A model generated the notes under the pieces. It worked only from the letters and a program-made list of their open reading frames with translations, was not told the origin of the DNA and ran no database searches. Below, piece by piece: positions 26,201 through 38,000 of a DNA stretch of 64,000 nt. The first letter of the stretch is position 1. Every line of letters starts with the position of its first letter. Position numbers and translations under genes: made by a program. The DNA is from Bugula neritina (lineage: Eukaryota > Animalia > Bryozoa): positions 27,697,673 through 27,761,672 of the forward strand of contig OZ037766.1 of assembly GCA_964035545.1 (NCBI GenBank). The letters run 5' to 3'.

Positions 26201-27968
26201 GGTATGAGTTTACAAAGTATGGTACTGCACTAGTCTGGGCATGTGTGTATTAGTTACTACACATAGTATATATGGTATATGTGTGTACAGTATATGCTAT
26301 ACACAGCTTATGCTATGCACAGTATGTGCTATACACAGTATATTGTGCTACTCACAGTATATGCTACTCACAGTATACGCTATGCACAGTTTGTGCTATA
26401 CACAGTATATGTTATCCAGTATATGCTATACACAGTATATGCTACTCACAGTATATGCTACTCACAGTATATACTATGCACAGTGTGTGCTATACACAGT
26501 ATATGTTATCTAGTATATGCTACACACAGTACATGCTATATACACAGTATAGGTGCTAAAAGCATATAAATGCTTTTTATAAGTACACACATTTGTAGCA
26601 ATATTTACTTCAGTTGTGTTTTTAATACAAAATAGACTAGTTCTTATATTTATCTATAAATTATATTTTAATTAGAAAGATTAGACTATAAATAGAAAAA
26701 CATGCAGTACTAATCTATACCATGTAAAACTACTATACTGTATAACTATATACTACTATTTTACTATATTGTTATTATATTATGTTATAATATCATTATA
26801 ATACTGTTATTTTGTCCACATTTAACACAAATAAGCGCCTTAAATTGAAAAAAAATTCTTCCTGGTGCAATAACCTCTCTAGTATAATTATACTGCTTTG
26901 ACATCATTTGTAAAGTATTTATGAAATATACCAAACATTTATTTGTTTATTTTCTGAAAGTATTTGTTTACTTAATTGTTTACCTGCACAGGTGTTAAGG
27001 AAGTTGTGTTAAATAAAGGAGATGTTTTGATATTCCACTCCAACATCCTCCACAGAAGTGACAAGAATGACAGTGACAGGAGGAGGCTGGTGCTTGCTAT
27101 AGCTTATAACACTAAGAGAAACAACCCGACTAAGCCTCACCACCACCCACAGTACAAGGAGATGCCTAAAGTATGCTGTCTGTAATATTACACTTGCTGT
27201 TACCAGATCAGTGTATATGCAAAGAAGCCTTTGCTATAACCCTCCTAGTTATCTTAAACACCAGTATTATATACATTATAATAGTATTCAGATTTATTAT
27301 ATACTAGTTTTAACAAATGCAAGGAAGTTTTTTATTTTAGTTATACTTTAAATACCATTATTGTTATTATATACATTATCATGCATGTTATTGTGTTAAG
27401 CCAATTGGCTTAATAAGTTGGATGCTACCGGAAACTACTCTTTTGAACAAATTGTTGGATGCTGTAGTTTGTTGAAAAACTGATTCTATTTAATGTCTAC
27501 TCTTAGAAAACCACTTCATGTAATTGCTACTAAATAGATAACAATAGATGGGATTTTATCCACTCATATATTGCAAGGAAACCTTTTTAACCATCCCATC
27601 ATTTGTTATAGCATGAAATTTAGCATGTAACTCATTTGACTAAATTCTAAACCTGTAAGTCACCATAAAACTACTTTTACAAATAAAGTTAAATTGACTA
27701 ATTATATAACCATCACCTACAAACTTACTGTTGGAATAAAATAGTTTTACTCTGCATATGTGGAAAGACAGTGTAAAAATTAAAGCAAATATGTAACTCT
27801 ATACATTATTATATTACATATATATCATAAATTATACAATTTTAGGTGACTAATGATGCGTTGCTAGAGTGGGGTAAGACTAAGATATGGGACAGCACTA
27901 AAGTTTTCTACGATTCTCGAATATCAAAAAAACACATGGACACAATTAAAGAGAAACAAGTAAAGTAG
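17287..27968 (+). CDS. PhyH-family Fe(II)/2-oxoglutarate dioxygenase (L-proline-4-hydroxylase/ectoine-hydroxylase-like), 300 aa; exons 17287-17314, 17506-17596, 18057-18148, 18707-18807, 19447-19538, 25678-25771, 26057-26159, 26992-27170, 27846-27968
   Basis: Nine phase-consistent GT-AG exons total 903 nt. Motifs: [34 protein letters not shown] (HxD), [25 protein letters not shown] (distal His) and RRRL (2OG-binding Arg). Confidence 0.92.
20896..21954 (+). mobile_element. 5'-truncated non-LTR retrotransposon (LINE), RT and post-RT region, 5' piece; one frameshift near 21410
   Basis: [33 protein letters not shown] and [13 protein letters not shown]. After the frameshift it reads SLWDY...[21 protein letters not shown]...LLTGH...PVCTC. 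Confidence 0.95.
21955..24488. mobile_element. Non-autonomous CACAG-terminated DNA transposon (CMC/EnSpm-like), 2534 bp, inserted in the LINE
   Basis: TIRs CACAGTTGGTTTAAGGTCAT and ATGACCTTAAACTAACTGTG match at 19/20. Degenerate inverted similarity continues for ~170 bp (shared CTGTTCGAGCTATC, AACATAAAGCA, TAAAAAAGTATAT). A 2-bp TT duplication sits at 21953-21954 and 24489-24490. Removing the element restores the LINE reading frame. Confidence 0.85.
23507..23588 (+). repeat. tRNA-derived (SINE-head-like) Pol III promoter remnant inside the CACAG element
   Basis: A box TGGTCCAGAGG and B box GGTTCAACCC at tRNA spacing, followed by a T-run; does not fold into a complete cloverleaf. Confidence 0.55.
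24491..24701 (+). mobile_element. 3' piece of the split LINE: rest of the CCHC knuckle, stop codon, 3' UTR and short repeat tail
   Basis: Reads (L)[22 protein letters not shown]...[13 protein letters not shown] with TAA at 24627-24629. The tail has ACTCA/ATAC repeats. Candidate TSD CAATCT at 20890-20895 and 24696-24701. Confidence 0.85.
26250..26550. repeat. Intronic minisatellite, 16-18-nt unit CACAGTATATGCTA(TA/CT)
   Basis: About 17 degenerate copies; explains three spurious ORFs. Confidence 0.85.
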
Positions 27969-30900
27969 TTGTACCAACTATTTTCCAATGCGTCGGTGAA
28001 TGTATAGTAGCTATATATACTTTATATAGGCTGCAATTTTACCTTTGAAATTCTATTTTAATTTATGTTATTTTATTTTTTATTACTTAATACTTTTTTA
28101 TTATGCAACTTTTCTGCTGCTCGCACCTGACATTTAACTTGTAGACTTAATACTTTTATGATTTGTTATATGAAACGGAATTATGTTATGTATTTCTTAC
28201 TTTTGCTATATAAATCAAATTTGTAAAATATAAAAAGCTATTAAACTTTCCATACTGATTTGCACCAATTACTATTCCCCAACAGTAAAATGATTTAGTA
28301 CGTGTCATCATTATTATTACCATTTCGAAAATGCATATGCGTCACAATGGAGAACCATTGTTCTTGCTCATAAAATATCTTTACAATTATCTAAAAAGAA
28401 ATATTTCGAATGATGATGTTGATTCTGCTTTTGCTACGCATGATTCAACTTCTCTTTCAATCGTGGCTGGCAAACATGTACTTTATCATTCAGTGTAATC
28501 TAACACTCAACTAGAGTTTGAAGTAGAACCATGATAATGCTAAATCTTATAGGTTATAGAATATAGAGGGTATAGTCTTAGATATGCTCACCCAGCATCA
28601 TCACGTGATCACGTGTGCATAGTATTTATAATGTATTATACTCATATGCTGTGTTTAGCGTGTCAACGTTGTTGATTTATAAATAAAAATAGATGCAAGT
28701 TACAGAGCACTGATTGCATTGCAAGCTATTCTTGTATATATAATATATAGTACATCATTAAAACTAGTAAATATTTACGCTGAATTTCGAAACGTGTTTT
28801 CTTGTCTGTGATATATAATAAGTAAATCAATCAATAAATCAATTAATGTTATAATGCAGAGTTTTCAACATTAGAATTCTATATATAGTCTATGTAATTA
28901 CTTAAAATGCCATTTGAGTAAAAATAAACTAAAAATAATAAATTGTCTAAAAATAATCCTAATCTAAATTCCTTATAATGACTACCCACATGCTGTTTAT
29001 ATATTATTCTGATTTAGAATTTTGAATTATGGTTGAAGATTTAGGTCATCATCAAAGATATATGTCAGTGTTGACGATGTAGGTCAGATGTAAGTGAATA
29101 TTGCTTAGGATCTACTACTGAGTAGAATTATTGCAACATAAAACAGCCAGCCTGCAAATACATGGTTGATAACTATAGTGAGGAAATATGGCTAAGTAAA
29201 GGAAAGTAGTGTCAGTTACTGGATCATAAGTCCCAATACTATGCTTCTTATAATTTCTATTCTCTTAACTCTTTTATATAAATATGCACTGAAAAAAAAT
29301 TAGAAATTAGTATCAGTATTATTGGAAAGGTGGTTTTGCTTTTAGGTTTATAAATTATATAAAGTTGTAAAAATAAATAATTTTTTAGTTTCCCTTTTTA
29401 AAATGACACCAGCAATTTATTGGGGAGTGTTTGTAAATTTTTTTATAGTCTAATATAAGGTGTTTGTAAAGCTTCATACTATCTTGTTGTATGTTCAAAG
29501 AATGTCTACAACATGGGTAAATATTGTTTTGTGCAATAACTACAGCTTCTGTAAAGTATCTACATAGTAAATAGAGAATGAGTCATATTTTCTACCAAGC
29601 AGGATGCTATAATATTCTCATGAGTCATGGCCAGCCATCAGCTAGGTTATGAGGTCAGAGGTGCTCTTAGAACTATGCTAAAACTGCACTGGTTTTTTGT
29701 ACCTGTGATGCAACAGTACAGCACCTAATCATTACAGCTTCCTGTGTGATGTTGACAAGCTGTTTTTATGTTGTTAGTATTTACTACATTTTTCTATTGA
29801 TGTAATAGCTATGAATAATTTGTTAGAATGTATGTATAGTCTATATTTAAACCAAAAGAGCAAATAAACATATACTTACTCAAAAAGGAAAATAAACTAC
29901 AAGTTTTTTTTATAATTGCTAACTCTGAATTGCTTTCTATGACTGTATAAGACGTCATGTATATTAGATGTTCTGTCTATCTGTATAGTAATACATATGA
30001 TTTAAATTTTTCCGCTAGCTTTGTTGTTAATACACTAAATTAAAACATGTGTTTTAAGTTAAGTGAATGTCAGCAACATATTTAATTCTGTGATGCTTGC
30101 TTACATATAAAAACTATAAAAATATTTAATACCTATAGGCTGTTTGTAAAATTGTGCCTATATATAATTAGATATACATAGTGGAATTTTCTGTCAAAGA
30201 TAAAAATAATAATCATCATCAATACTTGTTTTAAATCTATATTAATTTGTATTTTTATTTGCTGATTGATTATTTTTAATTGAAATATATAATGTTTAAC
30301 TGCGCTTCAAGTACCTTGTGCCTTATATTATATACACTATTCCTTCTGCTTATGTTGATTTTATCATTTATATTTCAATATTATGAAACTACAATACTGA
30401 AGATGTATACTTTTGTATACCAGTTTTTATAACATCTCTTTAAAATAATCATTATAATATAAAAAAATCTATTTCGTCAACAATAAAAATATATATTTAT
30501 ATATAAATAAATTAATTGTGATATAGTGCAAAATATTGTTAATTTACTTGAAGTAAGTCAAATTCTAAAATTTAAAGCTGTTACCATAAAGTATGACTGA
30601 AGTGGACAACTTCTTATAAGATTAGGAATTTTAGAGTGCTGATGTACTTAGAAAACTGAGTCAGAAAGATATTAAAACCCTGCAAAAATATATTAATAAA
30701 AACATAATTTTACTTTCAGAGCACTTTTTGTGATAAATTCTTTGTTCTAATGCTTAGCTACAAACAAAAAACTTTACTTTTAATTATATTTCAAGAATAA
30801 AGTTTTTCATCGATATTTACGAATATGGTTTTAGAGTTTCAGAAAGTGTGTCAATATTCTAAAAATAGCCAACTTTAGATTGAAAACAGCAACTATAGTA

Positions 30901-32004
30901 AACAAACCTGCCAAAAGAACATATAAATAGCTAATTTTGCAAATGGCCATGCAAGCCTTTATGTTTTTACCTATCAATACTGAGCAGTTGTGTTTCAATG
31001 AATGCAATACCTATATATAGAATCTTATAAAGTTATTATTTAATTGTGTGTATATTGTAATAAATTATTAAGCTAGCTAAGATTCTGCTGTAATGTGTAC
31101 AGTGACTAAAACCATAAGTTAGTTATAATTTTGTTGCAAAAAACGCATATGCATAGACTATTGACAAACAAAAGCGTTGGTTCCGAAGAAATTTTTGGTG
31201 AAAATCAATCAGAATTTTTCTCATAAAATAATGTTGGTATAGTAGCATATTCAATTTGTTTTCATGTGTCGGGCCTATTTATTGGTTCATACCAAAATGT
31301 CAGCATTTAAAAGGAAAATGACAGTTAAATGAATATCTAACTATATTGCAGTTATAACGCAAATGATAATATGTATTTTAAATACTAACACTTGTAGCAG
31401 TTGAAAACATATTTCATGATGATGCATGAAAGATGAGAACCAGCATATAGCCCCCCACACTCCACCTACATGCATACCACTGACATAATATTATCAAGTA
31501 ATACTAGCAATGCAAGCTATAAATTACTCTGACGTTAGTTTATTCTTGTGGGGGAGTAATTTCAACTAAAATGCCCAGCATATTTTCATGTTTTAAATTA
31601 CCAAGTTGTCTCGGGATCCTAGGGATTCATCTCATTTATGTGCTGGTAGCTTTCTAAACCCACCCTTACTGATGAGAAACATAGCTGGCTATTATAGTAT
31701 ATAGACCGTATCCTATAACTATTGACTATTGTGAGTGCTATTGATTCACGAGGGCAAATCAGTGTCAAATGACCTGGTTAATAGCTCCAGTGACTTTTCA
31801 ACAAGCTTTAGCTAATTATATTCAGCTGTAATTTTAGGAACATTACATACGACAGTGTGGTATTATCTCCTCTTGATTTTTGACTAGGAACGAGTTATTA
31901 CAGTATATAAAGCAATAACCGTGCTACCACAGTACCATTGTTAGTTGATAGGCGTGATAAAGATTTTGTAACGGCATTCAGAAAAGTTATTAGAACTACT
32001 CACA

Positions 32005-35000
32005 ATGAAGTCTATCAGTATCTTAGTATTGGTACTAGTCATCTGTGAAGGAAGATATCTTGGACTTGTGGGTATGTATAATATGTTATTATCACTTGTT
32101 ATTTTCTTTTTTTTTTAATTTTTAGTTATACTTATCGTAGGAATATAAAATATAATAATGATACTATTAGTATTATGCAGGATTAGTGCTCACAACTACC
32201 CACTGAAAATACTATGTGATTTCTAAAACAATATTATCTAATTCTATATGCTAATATTAAATATAATATTTTCAATTTTAGTAAAAAATTTGTTGCTTTG
32301 CCTTTAGACTTGACAATTATTATATCATTTTAAAAACTATAAGTATAAGCGTTAGTATTGACATACATGTACATATGAAGTATAATCGCTGAAGAAAGAA
32401 CACCTAGAATTGGTTTTAAAATTATACTATAGAGCAGAAAAGTCATAGTGACCGACACATATTTCTCTAAATAGATGCACTTTTGGAAAATAAAATGACA
32501 CTTTTTTTAGTTTTTATAAGATGCTTAGTTTGGCATTTACTTTTAGTTTTAGGCTTGAGGTATGCTTGCTTTATTGTACAGAGCTACAAAAATTGGCAGC
32601 TTACTCTAGCAAGGCAGATCATAATGTATTGATGATAAAACATATAGCTACTAAGAGCTTGTCATAGCCTAGGAACAAGTGATAGTCTTGAGTGTCATTT
32701 AGTAATTTGTCTCATTAAATGGCCTTGTTAGCTATCAGATAAGTGTTTGCTTGTTTGTTTTGAATTTATAGTAAGCTGTAAGAATGGCCATGTAGAATAT
32801 ATTTATTATGACTAAATAATACTGGGGTCATTAGATATATAGGATTTGTATGCTTTGAAGAATGCATTGTATGTCTGTATACAATTGTAAATTATTGACT
32901 ATATGTGCAACTACTTTTTGTATTCGCTGAAGAAGCTTGAAGAAATTCATTTCTTTCTACTACAACTATGACCAAATGTTTTTAATGACTAAATCAACAC
33001 AACTTAGCAATTAAGAATTTTTTTCAAAACAGTGAAATGATTTTTCTGCCTCATTATTCACACAGAACAGTTCCTATTCCTTTCATCTCCAGCAACAACT
33101 ACTTGCTGATTCCAGTTAGTCATTCATTCATCTTGCAATATTCTCTTTATTCATTTCAATAGTGTCACAGTGATCCTATTGATAGTGTGAATCAACAAAT
33201 ATTTGGCTATCAGCTCATGAAACTAAGGGATGACTCATAATGTCAATATAATTAATGAGTGCTCACTGAGTACTATCCAAGTGTTATCATTAGGAAACTG
33301 TGTCTAATAAATAATATTTGAATACACATCTGCACACTGAGTGCCTACAGAGTCTGGAGCTATTCCAAATAGCACACCAAAGTATGCAAGATGATTAAAT
33401 GCTCACAATATGAATCTATGACACCGGAATAATATTGTATTTATAATAGTATTCAATTCATTGAGTAATACATGAATTACAATGGATTAATATTAATTCT
33501 CTACTCAACACATGGTCTGCAGTCATCAACTATAACAATCATGGTCCTATCTATCTATATAGATTATCAAAATGGATATTTAATGATAATTACATAATAT
33601 GATTCATGTACTTAGGAAGCTGGTACAGGCATAGGAAATATTACTCTAACCCAGAATGTACAATGATGTCTTGCTTTAAACTAAATTGGATTTCCTTTAA
33701 TCCCCATATCATTTTTACCAGCAGAAATATGCTGTGTGCAGAGTTAGGCCAAGTTTCCAAGTTAATCAGGCCATCCCAAGGGCAACTAGTTACAGGGCTA
33801 TATTGGCATGATCTCAGTGCTGTGAAATACTGCTAGTAAATGACACGTAGGTCTTGGAGCACACGCTGTTGCCATGTCAAATGCTGTAAATACATCATCT
33901 AGCATTCTAGCTAGTTTGTTGTCCTCTATGTAGCCCAATATTTACAACAAGTAGAAGATAAATTTCAATTGAAATATCTAACCTACGTTAGAAGAATGTA
34001 TCTGCACTAGAAATAATGATTTTGGCAGAGATTTATGGCGATACTCAACTATAAAATATGTTATTATTGTAAATTCTTGGGTAATAATTTGTTTACCATA
34101 AGGCCAGCTCAATAAAGATGAAATTCACATTATAAATACTTTCTGAGAAGTGTTTTCTCAATCATGATCACATATTGCTAAAATTAGGAAGCTATCTAGG
34201 TTCAATGGCTCTACTCACTAGGTTTGAAAGGCTATCTATAACAATATTATAGAATTTAATGCTTTAGAAATGCATTTTATATAACCTTCTAATACTTTGT
34301 TAATCATTTCCCATTAAAATACAAAAAAAACTACTAAACTGATAACGGAATTGAAAACTGAAGGCAACTAAATTTCTTGTTTTTCAATAATTTTGACAGT
34401 TTATTGCATCACAATTTCTATTAGGATAAAATATTAAAAATAGAAAACATAAATAATGTATACTTCCTTCATTTATTTATAAAATTGCCAACTGCTTATT
34501 TATATTTCTATAATATATCTAATGCTTACCTTGTGTAATCTTTTCATATTTATTTGTCACCAATCACATTGACATAACTGCCAAACTACTAATGGCTTTA
34601 AATTGCATACTATGAAATATTTACCTCCACCAGGATTCAAACCCAATGCTTCTAACTTTATAATCTCACATATAGAAGAAATTAGTATTAATTCTTAGTT
34701 GATATGATCATATAAAACTTTTGCCCTCACTGGGATTTGAACCTGAGAACTCCGGCTAGCAAGCAGGCACTTGCTAATCATTACACCACAGGGGTACTAT
34801 ATACTGGGTAATCTCAACACTATACATACTGCTTTATTCTAGATGATGTGGTGCCTAAGTTCATGCTGCACACAACAATCCACGATGACATAGTTCTGGA
34901 AACAGGAGAGAGCATTCAACTGACATGTAGCAGCAAAATGTCCGGCAGCATTTCCTGGAGTTACCCGAGACAGAAGCAACCCAGTGAGGTGAGAGCGTTT

Positions 35001-38000
35001 GCAGTGAATATTCCATAAATGGTATTAATTTTACAGGGTTTTAGAAATGTTTGGATCATCAATAAACATTAATGATTGGCGACTTTTGAGTCATGCATGG
35101 GAAAAGTTTACTTTCAGCCTAATTTTATTAGATTTATTGAATTTATGATTACTTTTAATTATATTTTTGCATCAAAAAGAAATGACCTGCTTTCTAATTA
35201 CAGAAATTTTGTTCTCAAAACAAAAACCAGATGAAATTGAATAACTTTTCCATATAAGTACAGAAGTATACTCATATTCACCCATTACTCATGCCTTTGA
35301 AATTCTTACCAGCTTTAATTTAAACTCAGTAAACTAGGGCGCTGGATGAATATATCATCACTACCCACATTTTGTATTTGACATAAAGGTGAAGAATGTT
35401 TTCTCATGAAATAAAAATACTGGCTTTGATTATGTTTAAATAAGTTCAGATGCTACTTTTAATTCAAACAGATTTATTCTGGAATTTACCAGTAATATGA
35501 AAAGTAATGTTTACAGTTATGTTTACAGTAATAGCCATGGCTATTTCAAACCTATGACTAATTCATTATGAGTTCTTTAAATGTATATAATCATAATTTT
35601 GAAAAAGAAAAAACAAATACTGCATTGAAAGACACACCTGAGTGTCCAGGCATTGAGGATCAAAATGGACGGTACAATCAATATCCTTTGATAGCTTAGT
35701 TGAGGATTAAAATATGTGTTTTAAATTTTTTTAATTTGCTTTTAGAGTGCATGCCACCATTAATTATAATGGACATATATGTCTAGTAGGCTATTACTGT
35801 ACGCTATAGCGGCACAAAGATAGTAAAATAGGCTTCTTGCACCTTCTGGGAAACTATATTGACCAGCTAGCTTATACTAATGTGTTTCAAATCTCTCAGT
35901 TGATGTATGGTTTGGTCTTCTAAGGTCATAGCTTTTCAGCTAACAGGTCATATCTGGTGCATTATATTAACTATGTTCTGTGAATTCCAACTGTTCACCA
36001 CATGTATTACAAAGTGGGATACTGTACATGGCATACATTACAATGTGGGATACTGTATATCACATGAAGAACACAATTATACCTCTATCCCACTATTTTA
36101 CTTATTTCATTTCCAACGATCACTCAATGCTACATTGTACATGCTACACCAACTGTACACTATACAGTGTTCATATAAGATACTTACAGTGTAGGTATGT
36201 TTAGAACAGCTAAGGCCATGAGGACCCCAGTAAAAGATCATAGTATGCTTTGCAATGCAGTTTACAATTATCATTCATATATTCATGTCATCCATTCAAC
36301 TGTAGCAAGAAAGTAATTATGCAACATCTTATTTTAAAATTTGCTGAACAGTAAATGCCTATACCCATGGGCAGCTTCTTTGAAAATTACATAATAATAT
36401 ATTAGTCTATTGAATATGTTGCTCTTATATCTTTATGGTGCTGGCACTAGTCTAAGAGTGGGTATGACCTTACTGCTATACTGCCATGCCCTCATTTAAG
36501 AGCAGTAGTGGAGAAGTTAAGATAGCCTAAGCTCTTTAATTTTATTACTAAACTTTGGTTTGGGGTGAGGGTTGAAATTCTTACGAGAACATAATTTCTT
36601 ATTCTACATTTCTAATCTACAACACAAGCTTTTCTCAATTTCTCCATTACTGCACCTACCTCTATGCCCTTAGCTGTCACCGAGCTCACAACATGTTGCA
36701 TAATATGTCTTTGCAGGTAGAAGAGCCTACTGTCACCATATTGGAGGAAGTTGTGAATGAAAACGGAGTTGACCAGTACATAAGCAAACTAATAGTCTCT
36801 AACATCACCACCAATGATACTGGGCTATATGAATGTAGTTGTATGGGTGTGGCCACACAAAATGTACCTCATATAATACAGACTCACGCTGCGGCTTCAG
36901 ACGTCATCAGCTCATATGACGTGTATGTGTTCGTCTCAGGTGAGTAACACTTATTCATGCTTATTCATAATAGTATTTCATGCTTATTCACAGTTATTAC
37001 ATAACATTAGTATTTCATGCTTATTAATATTAGCATTTGATGCACCTTCATGCTTATTAATGCTTATTAATGCATATTCATGCTTATTAATGCTTAATAA
37101 TAGTACTTCATGCTTATAAATGGTTATTATCGCTGTTGTCATGAAATTTTAGTATAAGTATAAGTATATTATTTATAAGTTTATTCTTCAATAGTGATTA
37201 TGGCTCATCATAATTTTTACTAGCTATTAGTTTTACCTTTGCTAAGCATTTTCTAGCATGAAGCTGTTTAAGCCCAATGACAATTAAAGTTTCACTAAGG
37301 AAATAGTATCTGAAGATTTTAGATAAAACCAATACAAACAAACTATGAAACAGTGGCCAACTAATTGATTGTGCCTAAATATCATATTATTCACCTGACA
37401 AGCCACATTGAAGAACATGCTTGTAATTGTCCTTCCCTGTTTTTAGATCCAACTGAGTTGTTCCAAGAAGAACAAACCGGAATAAGACAACCACTCACTG
37501 GCTTCTCACGCTCGTACGTTGAGTTTCCATGTGCTGTAAACAATCCAAACACAACTGTTGAACTGCTGGACGATAGCGGACATGGCAACTTTATTCCAGT
37601 ACCTGTAAGTAGATCTAAGGCCAAGGTCATCACTTTAGACTGCCGAGAATTACTTTTTGCTTTCTGCTTCAAAACAATTTAAATTTTAAACTCAATGATA
37701 AATTTTACGAATACAGTTGGGCCCAAAAATGATCATGTTTTGTAATATCAACTGGAAACATATTGCTTTGTACTTGTAAGTTTTCCCTATCATTGATAAG
37801 TCAATTTGTTTTGTAAGTGCATACAGCAGACCTGTCTGAAGTAACTGGGCCTTTTGAAATCAGTCCAGCTCTTATACTCACACAACTTGACCATTTAGGT
37901 GTGGAGGAATTTTAATACCCTAAGTTCCTTAACTTCCCTAATAATTTTTGTTGGATTCAAATTTTGTTTACCTTCAGTGTATCAACCGCATTGTCATGTG

